A stretch of 64,000 bases of DNA from Thermoanaerobaculia bacterium (GTDB lineage Bacteria > Acidobacteriota > Thermoanaerobaculia > UBA5066): assembly GCA_963719225.1 (NCBI GenBank), contig CAVRAY010000001.1:1152001-1216000 (forward strand), in the 5' to 3' direction. The notes beneath the pieces are model-generated. The model was not told where the DNA came from. It saw only the letters and a program-made list of their open reading frames with translations, and made no database searches. Positions 44,221 through 52,357 of this stretch are shown piece by piece. The first letter of the stretch is position 1. Every line of letters begins with the position of its first letter. Position numbers and translations under genes: made by a program.

Positions 44221-45276
44221 TCAGTTGGCGCGCTGGATCTCGAGGCCGTCCACGAGACGGCGGTCGGGGCCGACGGCGACACGTTCGCCCGCCGTGAGGC
44301 CGGACCGCACCTCCAGGGAGTCTCCGTGGCGGTCTCCGATCGAGACGATGCGCTCGACCACGCGCGTCTGCCCGAGCACGAAGACGCGCGAGACGCCCGA
44401 ATCCGTGACGACGGCGGCCGCCGGCACGAGCAGCGTCTTTTCGCTCTTGGGGAGGGAGACCCGCGCCGTCACGAAGAGGCCCGGCTTCAGGACGTGGCGG
44501 GGATTCGGGACCATGGCCTCCACGACGAGCGTGCGCGCTTCCGACCGCAGGGACGGGCCGATGTAGCGGACCGTCGCGTCGAACGTGCGGTCCGGAAACG
44601 ACTGGACGGCGAGCGAGGCCTTCTGGCCGACCTGAATGGCCGACACGGCGGCCTCCGGGATCGCGAGCTCGGCCCGGAGGGGATCGATCTTCACGAGGCC
44701 GCAAATCGCCGAGCCCTTCCGGATGTAGGCGCCTGCCGAGATCTTCTTCTCGGTCACCACGCCCGAGAAGGGCGCGCGAATCGTGCAGTCGGCATGGCTC
44801 TTCTCGGCGAGCGCGACGGACGCCGCCGCGAGATCGAGGTCCGTAGCCTTGCGCTGGTCCTCGGCGCGGGCGACGACCTGTCTCTTGCGAAGCTCGGCAT
44901 AGCGCTCGACTTCGGCCTTCGCCCACGCGAGGTTCGCGCGTGCCTGGTCGAGCTGCGCCCTGGCCTCCCGGTCGTCGAGCGTCGCGAGGATGGCGCCCTT
45001 TTCCACGAAGGTTCCGCGCTCGACGCGCACGCTCACGACTTGCCCGTCGCGTTCGGAAGCGACGTCGGCGGACTCGTCGGCGGTGAGAGCGCCCGTCACC
45101 TCGAGGACGAGCGGCAGGACCCTGCTCTCGACCGGCGCGCCGTGCACGAGGATGGGCGCGGGCGTCGGGCCCGCCGCCGCGGCATGGGAGCCCGCGCCGC
45201 GCGAACAGCCCCAGACCGCGATCGTGCCGAGTGCCGCCGCGAGAATCGAGGCGAGGTTCAACCGGGTCATCGTCAC
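44221..45276 (-). CDS. RND periplasmic adaptor (MFP)
   Basis: Lipoprotein-like WGC, IRAPFSG, LKPGLF, GLTAGERV. Confidence 0.92.
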   Translation of the reverse strand: MTMTRLNLASILAAALGTIAVWGCSRGAGSHAAAAGPTPAPILVHGAPVESRVLPLVLEVTGALTADESADVASERDGQVVSVRVERGTFVEKGAILATLDDREARAQLDQARANLAWAKAEVERYAELRKRQVVARAEDQRKATDLDLAAASVALAEKSHADCTIRAPFSGVVTEKKISAGAYIRKGSAICGLVKIDPLRAELAIPEAAVSAIQVGQKASLAVQSFPDRTFDATVRYIGPSLRSEARTLVVEAMVPNPRHVLKPGLFVTARVSLPKSEKTLLVPAAAVVTDSGVSRVFVLGQTRVVERIVSIGDRHGDSLEVRSGLTAGERVAVGPDRRLVDGLEIQRAN

Positions 45277-46937
45277 TTTCCCCCTTCGGCCTTCACCGCC
45301 GCCGCGTCGTCCCGGATCTCGATGCGTCGCTCGTCGAGAAGCGTTCCTTGCGCGCGGGCGAAGTCGGTCAGCGCCTTGCGATAGTCGGTGAGCGCGGCCG
45401 TCTCGGTGAGTACGGCCTGCGCGAGGTCGTTCTGGCGCGTGAGAACGAAGAAGTTCGTCGAGAGACCGACGCCGTAGCGTTCCTTCTCCGCGCGGAGCTG
45501 CGTCTCGGCCGCGGCGCGTCCGGCCTTCGCCGCGTCGATGCGCTGCGCGGCCGTGTCGAGGGTGAGGACCGCGTTCCGCACCTCGACCGCGACGCGCTGT
45601 TTCTGCTGCGTGACGAGGATCTCGGCCTGGCTCCTCTGCGCTTTCGCGATCGCGACGTCTCCCCGGGCCGCGCGGTTGCCGACGGGGACCGCGAGTGAGA
45701 GCCCGATCGATGCGTCGGGAAAACGCCCCTCGCCGATCGTCCCGACGGAGCGGCCGAAATCACCGGCCAACGCGTCCGGCACGACGGCCGGCCCACCCAG
45801 GAAGCCCGCCTCGGAGGCATTCGGATTGAGGCTGCCCGCGAGCCCGCGGCGGGCGTAGCCGGCCACGAGATCGAGCTGCGGTTTTAGCCGGTCCTTCGCG
45901 AAGTCCACGTCCACGTCGCGCTCGGCGAGCGCGCTCTTCGCTTCGGCGAGCTCGGGCCGGTTGCTCTCGGCCCGGGAGATTGCCTCGCCGAGGTCTATCT
46001 GAACGACCGAGGTCTCGGGCGCGTCCACCGGCTCGAGCGTCTGGTTCCAGAGAGGATCTCCGCTGTCCTTCAGGAGGAGAAGCTTGAGAGCGAGCTCGGC
46101 GCGGCGCATCTGCTCCTGCGAGGCGTACAGGTCGCCCTTCCGCCGCTCGAGCTCCGCGACGGGTTGCGCGATGTCCGTCTCCGGGAGCGCGCCGACGTCG
46201 ATCCTCGACTTCGTATCCTCGCGTTGCTCGGACGCGAGCCCCACGCTCGACGCGCGCACCTGGACGTCACGCCGCGCCGCGACGAGGTTCCAGTACGCCC
46301 GTTCCACGGTCGAGACGGTATCCGCGACGGTTCGCTTCAGAGAGGCCGTGGTGCGGGCCTTGTCGAGGCGCGCGATCCGGATCGCGCGGCGCGCGGGATC
46401 GATCGAGAGGTTCTGAAGGAGCGGCTGGCGAAGGTCCACGCCCACCGACGTGCCGTACGCGGGAGTGAGCAGGGCGAAGAAGTTGTTCGTGAGGTCTCGT
46501 GCAGCCGACGCTGAGAGACTCACGGTTCCGCCCGTCGGCAGGAGGGCGCCGATCGAAGCGGCTCCTGAATACCCCTCGTTCGAGGGTGCGAGCTCCCCCG
46601 CCGGCGCGCCGGAAAGAAGGGAATTCGCCGGGTCCGTGTGCTTGCGATATCGCGCGTCCAGGCGGAACGTGGGGTCGTAGGGCGCACCCGCCCTGAGGAG
46701 AGACGCGTCCGCGATGCGGAACGATTCGCGCTCGATGGCGATGTCGTTGTTGTTCGCCAGCGCGCGCGCCGTCGCGTCGGCGAGCGAGAGCGGGACGCCG
46801 GCCGGAGCCGCCGGCACGGGCGGGGCGGGAGGCTTCTGGACCGGAGCAGAAGGCTTCTGGAGGGGAGCGGGGGATTCCTGCGCCGGCATCGGAAACGCGA
46901 CGAAAAGCACAGCGAGGAGGACAGCCTTGCCGATCAC
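45273..46937 (-). CDS. TolC family outer membrane channel
   Basis: LSLADA..ALANN, QPLL, AYWNL, RPEL, PQLDL, YGVGLST. Confidence 0.92.
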   Translation of the reverse strand: MIGKAVLLAVLFVAFPMPAQESPAPLQKPSAPVQKPPAPPVPAAPAGVPLSLADATARALANNNDIAIERESFRIADASLLRAGAPYDPTFRLDARYRKHTDPANSLLSGAPAGELAPSNEGYSGAASIGALLPTGGTVSLSASAARDLTNNFFALLTPAYGTSVGVDLRQPLLQNLSIDPARRAIRIARLDKARTTASLKRTVADTVSTVERAYWNLVAARRDVQVRASSVGLASEQREDTKSRIDVGALPETDIAQPVAELERRKGDLYASQEQMRRAELALKLLLLKDSGDPLWNQTLEPVDAPETSVVQIDLGEAISRAESNRPELAEAKSALAERDVDVDFAKDRLKPQLDLVAGYARRGLAGSLNPNASEAGFLGGPAVVPDALAGDFGRSVGTIGEGRFPDASIGLSLAVPVGNRAARGDVAIAKAQRSQAEILVTQQKQRVAVEVRNAVLTLDTAAQRIDAAKAGRAAAETQLRAEKERYGVGLSTNFFVLTRQNDLAQAVLTETAALTDYRKALTDFARAQGTLLDERRIEIRDDAAAVKAEGGK

Positions 46938-47200
46938 GAGGGTCTCCTTTCATCGTCGGGGCGCGCGTCCGGGTTCGGGCGGAGGCTCGCTTTCTGGAGA
47001 CGGGGATCGATCGTCTCGGCGAGCCGCTCGAAGAGCGCGCATTTCGTCGCGAGGAGCGCTTCACGTTCCGCCTTCGTCAGCTCCACGCCGCATGCGGCCA
47101 GCTTGGCGAGCGTCGCCAGGGGATCCCTGCGGAATTCCCGCCGAAGCTCCTCGTCCGTCGCGAGTCTCCCGAATATCAGTTCCACGCATTTCTGAGACAT
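46934..47200 (-). CDS. Os1348-like NHLP-clan small protein
   Basis: MSQKCVELIFGRLATDEELRREFRRDP...GVELTKAEREAL resembles nitrile-hydratase-leader-peptide clan proteins; GGGAGA RBS; coupled to tolC. Confidence 0.75.
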   Translation of the reverse strand: MSQKCVELIFGRLATDEELRREFRRDPLATLAKLAACGVELTKAEREALLATKCALFERLAETIDPRLQKASLRPNPDARPDDERRPS

Positions 47201-47386
47201 GGCGGCCAGATCTCCCGCGAGCGCAGTTCATACGCCGTGCCATCGATGTGGACTTTCGTCAGCCCTGGAGGAAGTGTTTCTGAGAAGGGAGTTTAGAAGC
47301 GGGCGGGGGCGGCGCCGGAAGGTGCGGCGTGGCTCGATTCGATGCTGATTTATCGACACGTTGAACCCTCGCGTTCCCTCTTCCCC

Positions 47387-47395
47387 TTCTAAGAA
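47387..47395. repeat. Dispersed motif TTCTAAGAA (intergenic, upstream of the efflux operon)
   Basis: Exact copy; variant TTCTGAGAA at 47278. Confidence 0.75.
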
Positions 47396-47455
47396 GAATC
47401 CACCATGACCGACGCTCCGCCAATGCATGAAGCGCACGGGAGCAAGAATCTCTCC

Positions 47456-47749
47456 TCATTCCCCCGCGAGTCGGTTCATTTCCGCCGCGAGTCGGAAGTC
47501 GAGCTCCGTGAGGCCGCCGGCGTCGTGCGTCGAGAGAGCGACCGTGACGCGGTTCCACACGTTCGACCAATCGGGATGATGGTCCAGCTTCTCGGCCGCG
47601 AGCGCGGCGCGCGCCATGAAGCCGAAGGCCTCCGAGAAGTCGCGGAACGTGAACGTGCGGTGGAGCTGTTCTTCCCGGCGTGTCCAGCCGGGGATGTCGG
47701 AGAGCCGCGTGTCGGCATCGGCTGCGGAGAGTTTCGCGGGGCGCGTCAT
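47456..47749 (-). CDS. phhB: Pterin-4-alpha-carbinolamine dehydratase
   Basis: FRDFSEAFGFM, DHHPDWSNVWNRV, THDAGGLTELD. Confidence 0.93.
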   Translation of the reverse strand: MTRPAKLSAADADTRLSDIPGWTRREEQLHRTFTFRDFSEAFGFMARAALAAEKLDHHPDWSNVWNRVTVALSTHDAGGLTELDFRLAAEMNRLAGE

Positions 47750-47797
47750 GGCCGCATTCTGCCTCGTATCATGCGGGTCGGGCGCCGGAGGATCTGA

Positions 47798-48940
47798 ATG
47801 CGCACAGCTCGAACGATCGGCTTTCTCGTTCTCGCCCTCGCGGGCGCGACACTCGTCTGGCTGGGAGCAGGCACGGTCCGGGCCTCGCGGCGCGAGCGCG
47901 CGGCCGAGGCGGCCTGGGCCGATTCGTTCGGACCTCTCGGGGAGATCACGGCGAAGTTCCCGGCACATCCCACGAACGCCGCGGCGCGCGCCGTCGAGGA
48001 ATCGGCCGGGAGACTCGGCATCGAGCTTCGTCCGCGCGGGGAGATGCCGCCGGATGACGAACCGGGCAAGAGGAAGAAAACGGATCTGAGCGACGTCCGC
48101 GTGCCGCTCGAACGATGGGTGGACCACGAAGCCGCGAAACCCGAGGGCCTGCCGGACGCTCCGCCCGCGGCGGTCGCGGCCTATTTCGTTTCCCACGCGG
48201 CCACGCTCGACGCACTCGAGAAGAGCCTTCTCGCGGGCCCCGCTCCGGACTGGGCCGTCGATCTCACGAAGCTTCACGCCGCGCCCGTTCCGAATGTCCT
48301 CGGTCACATGCAGCTCACGCGTGTTCTCGTCGGTCGAGCCGAGGCGAGGGCGGCGGCCAGGGACAAACGCACGGACGAATCCCTCCGCGCCGCCTTTGCC
48401 TTCACGGGCTCCCTGCGCAGCCGTCCCGAGGTCGTGAGCCAGGTCGTCTCGGCGGCTGCGACGCGCCTCGAGCTCGGGGCCATCCGGCGGATTCCGGTCG
48501 ACGCCGCCGCCTGGCGCGAACGGCTGAAAACGCTCGACCCGCGCGCGGGTCTCCTCGTGTCCCTTCGGCGCGAGGCGTGGATGGAGTACGAGGCCGCGAA
48601 AGGGCTCCTGAGGGAGAAGCTCCGCGCCGGCCCGCTTTCCGGACGTCTCGCGGCGCTCTTCGGCGCCTGGCAGGAGCGGATCGAAGCCGCCGCGGTCCTC
48701 GACGCGTGGCGGGCCACGATCGACGCCGCGTCCAAGAGCCCGGTTTCGGACGCCGAACCACGCTTTCTCGGCGAGACCTTCCAGAAGGCCCTCAGCGAGG
48801 GCGGGGTCAAGAAACCTCTCGCGGTCCCGAACCTCATCGAGTCCTGGCGCCGCGCGAACGTCGCGGCCCTCGACATCCGGAAGACGGACGAGCTTCTCGC
48901 GGCACGGGAAGCGAAGCCGCAACCGACCAAAAAACTTTGA
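47798..48940 (+). CDS. Hypothetical membrane-anchored protein (paralog 1)
   Basis: GGAGG RBS, N-terminal TM helix, collinear similarity to the next gene. Confidence 0.7.
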   Translation: MRTARTIGFLVLALAGATLVWLGAGTVRASRRERAAEAAWADSFGPLGEITAKFPAHPTNAAARAVEESAGRLGIELRPRGEMPPDDEPGKRKKTDLSDVRVPLERWVDHEAAKPEGLPDAPPAAVAAYFVSHAATLDALEKSLLAGPAPDWAVDLTKLHAAPVPNVLGHMQLTRVLVGRAEARAAARDKRTDESLRAAFAFTGSLRSRPEVVSQVVSAAATRLELGAIRRIPVDAAAWRERLKTLDPRAGLLVSLRREAWMEYEAAKGLLREKLRAGPLSGRLAALFGAWQERIEAAAVLDAWRATIDAASKSPVSDAEPRFLGETFQKALSEGGVKKPLAVPNLIESWRRANVAALDIRKTDELLAAREAKPQPTKKL

Positions 48941-50151
48941 GCCGTCGCCGAGCCGTCGTCCTGTCTTTCGGGGCGCTGTTCCTGCTGGCGGTCGTGTGGG
49001 TCGTCGGAGGAAACGCGTGGGCGGCCCGAAAGGAGGAGCAGTGCGACCGCTCCTGGACCGCAACGTTCGGCAGCCTCGATGATTTGAAGAAAAAGTATCC
49101 GAAGCGCGAGACGAACGAGACAGCGAAGAGGCTGGAAGTGCTCTCGAAGGATCTTGGGTTCGATCTCGCTCCGCGGGAGCCCGGGAGCGAGCCGCGCCAC
49201 CTCACGGCCGCCGAAGAGAAGAGAGGCCAGTCCATCTACGATTACACCTCGGCACAGATCTCCAGGCCCGAGACCTCGCTCGATGCGCCGCCCGAAGAGA
49301 TCGGCCGATTCTTCGAAGAGAAGAGCGTCGGCCTCGACGCGATCGAATTGCTTCTTGTCGCTGGACCGTCTCCGCAGTGGTCTTTCGATCTTTCCTCTTC
49401 AGAGAATGATCGAATACCAAACGGACTCGGACAGATCCGCCTTCAAAGAGTCCTGATGGCACGGTCGCTGGCGGCCGCATGCGGCGGCCGAAATGAGGCT
49501 GCGGCGCGCTCTCTCGAGGCTTCGTGGAATCTCAACGAATCGCTCCGAGGGCGGCCGGAAATGATGCCGTTACTTATGGGGATGGCAATCGCAGGGCTCG
49601 AGGTCGGAGTGCTCCGAAAGGTGGATGTCGAAGAAGATCTCTGGAGAAAGCGGCTGGCGGCGCTCGATCCGAGGGACTCTCTTTTCGATTCGCTCGTGCT
49701 CGAGTACCGGCCGGGGTCGGCGAGGAACTTCTTTAGGCATCCTTTGTCGAGCGGCGACGAGCCGTCGTGGTATCAGCGACTCCGGGATTTTTTCTTGCGC
49801 CCGACATATCGGCTCATGATGGTCGATTACTCCAATATCCGAGACGCCGCGCACATCATCCTGGCCATCTCGATGCCGAACACCAGAAACGCCTTCCTTC
49901 GTGCCGATCGGCTCGTCGTCGACGCGGAGCTGACGTCGAAGATTCTCGAAGCCAAGCAGCTCAGGAAAGAGAACGGCGGACGGTGGCCGGGGGCGATTCC
50001 CGGGATCGATGCGTCACGTTATCCGGGCGCGTCCTGGCGCTACGAGGTCTCGCCCGATGCCCGCCGGATGTCGATTGCGTTCAGCCGCGAGCTGGTGTCC
50101 CCCTTCCCGCCGGATACAAAACTTCTTCCTCTCCGCTTCTCCTCGAACTGA
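48937..50151 (+). CDS. Hypothetical membrane-anchored protein (paralog 2)
   Basis: TTG start overlaps the previous stop; shares W..FG.L....KYP...N..A..LE, PNxLG..L.RVL, SLRxRPE, WRxRL..LDPR with paralog 1. Confidence 0.7.
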   Translation: MSRRRAVVLSFGALFLLAVVWVVGGNAWAARKEEQCDRSWTATFGSLDDLKKKYPKRETNETAKRLEVLSKDLGFDLAPREPGSEPRHLTAAEEKRGQSIYDYTSAQISRPETSLDAPPEEIGRFFEEKSVGLDAIELLLVAGPSPQWSFDLSSSENDRIPNGLGQIRLQRVLMARSLAAACGGRNEAAARSLEASWNLNESLRGRPEMMPLLMGMAIAGLEVGVLRKVDVEEDLWRKRLAALDPRDSLFDSLVLEYRPGSARNFFRHPLSSGDEPSWYQRLRDFFLRPTYRLMMVDYSNIRDAAHIILAISMPNTRNAFLRADRLVVDAELTSKILEAKQLRKENGGRWPGAIPGIDASRYPGASWRYEVSPDARRMSIAFSRELVSPFPPDTKLLPLRFSSN

Positions 50152-50184
50152 CGTCTCTGCCCTCTTACTCGTAGAATCCCCTCG

Positions 50185-51306
50185 ATGCGGATCGCAGTTG
50201 CGATGTCAGGGGGCGTGGACTCGTCGGTCGCGGCCCTCCTTCTCCGCCGCGAAGGCGCCGACGTGGTGGGTCTGTCGATGCACCTCTGGAATCACGACCG
50301 CGACGGGTCGGGGGCGAACACGGGCCGCTGCTGCACGCTCGACGACCTGTCCGTCGCGCGACGCGCGGCCGAGGCGATCGGCGTGCCCCACTTCGTCCTG
50401 AACCTCGAGCAGCGCTTCACGGAAGCGGTCGTGAAGCCGTTCGTGGAGAGCTATCTCGAGGGGAGGACGCCGATCCCGTGCACGGTCTGCAACACGGAGG
50501 TGAAATTCAAGACCCTCCTTCAGAAGGCCTCTGCCCTCGACTGCCAGGCCGTCGCCACGGGGCACTACGCGCGCATCGGAAGGGACGACGTCACGGGAGC
50601 CCCGCGCCTCCTGCGAGCGCGCGACCGCGCCCGCGACCAGTCCTACTTCCTCTACGACCTCACGGAAGAGCAGCTCTCACGCGCCCGCTTCCCGCTGGGA
50701 GAGCTGACGAAGCCCGAGGTGAGAGAAATCGCGCGAGAGGCGGGGCTGCCGAACTGGGACAAGCCCGATTCTCAGGAGGTCTGCTTCGTGCCGAACGGAA
50801 TGACGCCGGCGGACTTCATCCGGCTCGAGGCCGGACGTCTCGGCCTCGAGCTGCCGGCTTTCGCGGGCGCGAAGCGCGGGGAGATTTTCTTAGAAGGTGG
50901 AGAGAGAGTAGGAGCGCACGAAGGGACGATGGCCTATACCGTGGGCCAGAGAAAGGGGATCGGCGTCGCCGCGAAGGAGCCCCTGTACGTGATCGCAACC
51001 AACCCTGAAGAGAGCCGCGTCGTCGTAGGGCCGGCCCCCGCTCTCCTTTCTAAGAAAGTCTTCCTGGAGCGCGTGAGTGTGCGCTTGGCTGGAGGCGTGA
51101 GGTCGCCCGTTTCCGTGCTTGCCCGCATCCGCTCCCGCCATCCCGAGCAGGCCGCCTGCCTGACGCTCTCTGAGGGCGGTCGCGGCTCTCTCGACTTCGA
51201 GGAGCCCGTGTGCGCCGCGGCTCCCGGCCAGTCGGCGGTCTTCTACGACGTGGGCCGACCCGAGGTCGTCCTCGGCGGCGGCGTCATCTCTCGGCCCGCG
51301 GCCTGA
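50185..51306 (+). CDS. mnmA: tRNA 2-thiouridine(34) synthase
   Basis: AMSGGVDSS, TPIPCTVCN, ATGHY, DQSYFL, DSQEVCF, PGQSAVFY. Confidence 0.97.
   Translation: MRIAVAMSGGVDSSVAALLLRREGADVVGLSMHLWNHDRDGSGANTGRCCTLDDLSVARRAAEAIGVPHFVLNLEQRFTEAVVKPFVESYLEGRTPIPCTVCNTEVKFKTLLQKASALDCQAVATGHYARIGRDDVTGAPRLLRARDRARDQSYFLYDLTEEQLSRARFPLGELTKPEVREIAREAGLPNWDKPDSQEVCFVPNGMTPADFIRLEAGRLGLELPAFAGAKRGEIFLEGGERVGAHEGTMAYTVGQRKGIGVAAKEPLYVIATNPEESRVVVGPAPALLSKKVFLERVSVRLAGGVRSPVSVLARIRSRHPEQAACLTLSEGGRGSLDFEEPVCAAAPGQSAVFYDVGRPEVVLGGGVISRPAA
50887..51056. repeat. Inverted pair of dispersed motifs inside mnmA
   Basis: TTCTTAGAA at 50887 (purine flanks) and TTCTAAGAA at 51048 (pyrimidine flanks). Confidence 0.75.
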
Positions 51307-51336
51307 GAGATCAACACATTATTTTCGAAGCGGGGC

Positions 51337-51370
51337 TTGACTTTCGCCTTACTTACGCCTAACTTGCGCC
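51337..51370 (+). promoter_or_regulatory. sigma70 promoter overlapped by an 11-bp-period direct repeat (candidate SOS/LexA-type operator)
   Basis: TTGACT-17 nt-TAACTT; repeat CTTTCGCCTTA/CTTACGCCTAA/CTTGCGCC. Confidence 0.55.
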
Positions 51371-51384
51371 GGCGGGGTGATTCG

Positions 51385-52299
51385 ATGGTTGCCATCAAGA
51401 GGGGCGTGAAAATCGAGGGGCAAGACGCCGTCAACATCAGGGACCTCATCGTTCCCGGCGTCGGCAATCGACGCATCTTCCGGATCCTCCTCACGAATGC
51501 CTGCCGCTTCTCGTGCGACTACTGCCCCATGCGCGCCGAGCGCGACCTGCCCCGGCATGCCCTCGCACCCGCCAGCCTCGCGCGCCTCTTCATGACCGCG
51601 TTTCGCCGCGGCTGGTGCGACGGTCTCTTCGTGACGAGCGGCATCCCGAAGGACCCGATCTTCGCGATGGAGCAGATGCTCCAGCTCGTCGAGATCCTCC
51701 GCTTCACTCACGGGTACCGGGGTTATCTCCATGCGAAGGCGCTGGCGGGCGCCGAGCCGGGCCAGATCGAACGTCTCGTGCGTCTCGTGGATCGCGTCTC
51801 CTACAACCTCGAGGCGCCGTGCCAGCGCGCGCTCGACGAGCATGCTGCCGGCAAGAGCGGGGCAAGCGGGCTTTCGCTGCTCGAGACGGCTCGGGACGCG
51901 GCGCTCGCCGTGCGCGAAGCGCGGCGCGCGTCCGCGCGCCATGCACCGGCGCCTCTTCCGGCTTCTCTTCCCGCCGGGCCGACGCCTGGCCGTCGAGGCC
52001 CCGCACTGGCGCTCGTGAACTCCAGCCGGTTTCCCGTCGAGCTCAGCACGGCCACTCGCGAAGAGCTTCGAAGGGTGCCCGGCGTCGGTCCGCGCACGGT
52101 CGAACGCATCCTGGAAACCCGGTCGCGAAGGGCGCTGAGAGATCCCGCCGATCTCAAGCGGCTCGGCGTTCAGCTCGGTCGAGCCGGCGGTTTTGTCACC
52201 TTGCGCGGACGCCTCGTCGGCACTCGCTCCATCCAGACGCTGCTCTTTGCAAATTGCTCTACTGGAGAGACTTACAAATACAGCGCGGGCACGTTTTGA
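51385..52299 (+). CDS. Putative DNA modification/repair radical SAM-HhH protein (TIGR03916-like), shortened
   Basis: LLTNACRFSCDYC, GLFVTSG, GYLHAK, DRVSYNLE, FPVE...LRRVPGVG (HhH). Confidence 0.8.
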   Translation: MVAIKRGVKIEGQDAVNIRDLIVPGVGNRRIFRILLTNACRFSCDYCPMRAERDLPRHALAPASLARLFMTAFRRGWCDGLFVTSGIPKDPIFAMEQMLQLVEILRFTHGYRGYLHAKALAGAEPGQIERLVRLVDRVSYNLEAPCQRALDEHAAGKSGASGLSLLETARDAALAVREARRASARHAPAPLPASLPAGPTPGRRGPALALVNSSRFPVELSTATREELRRVPGVGPRTVERILETRSRRALRDPADLKRLGVQLGRAGGFVTLRGRLVGTRSIQTLLFANCSTGETYKYSAGTF

Positions 52300-52357
52300 C
52301 GAAACGCCGCTCCTCTCCGGAGTCGAAATTGATCAAGGCGTATGCTAGAATTGCGGA

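Noticed and set aside
47228-47437. 69-aa minus-strand ORF upstream of the Os1348-like gene
   Set aside because: Atypical codons, no motif, and it overlaps the probable promoter region
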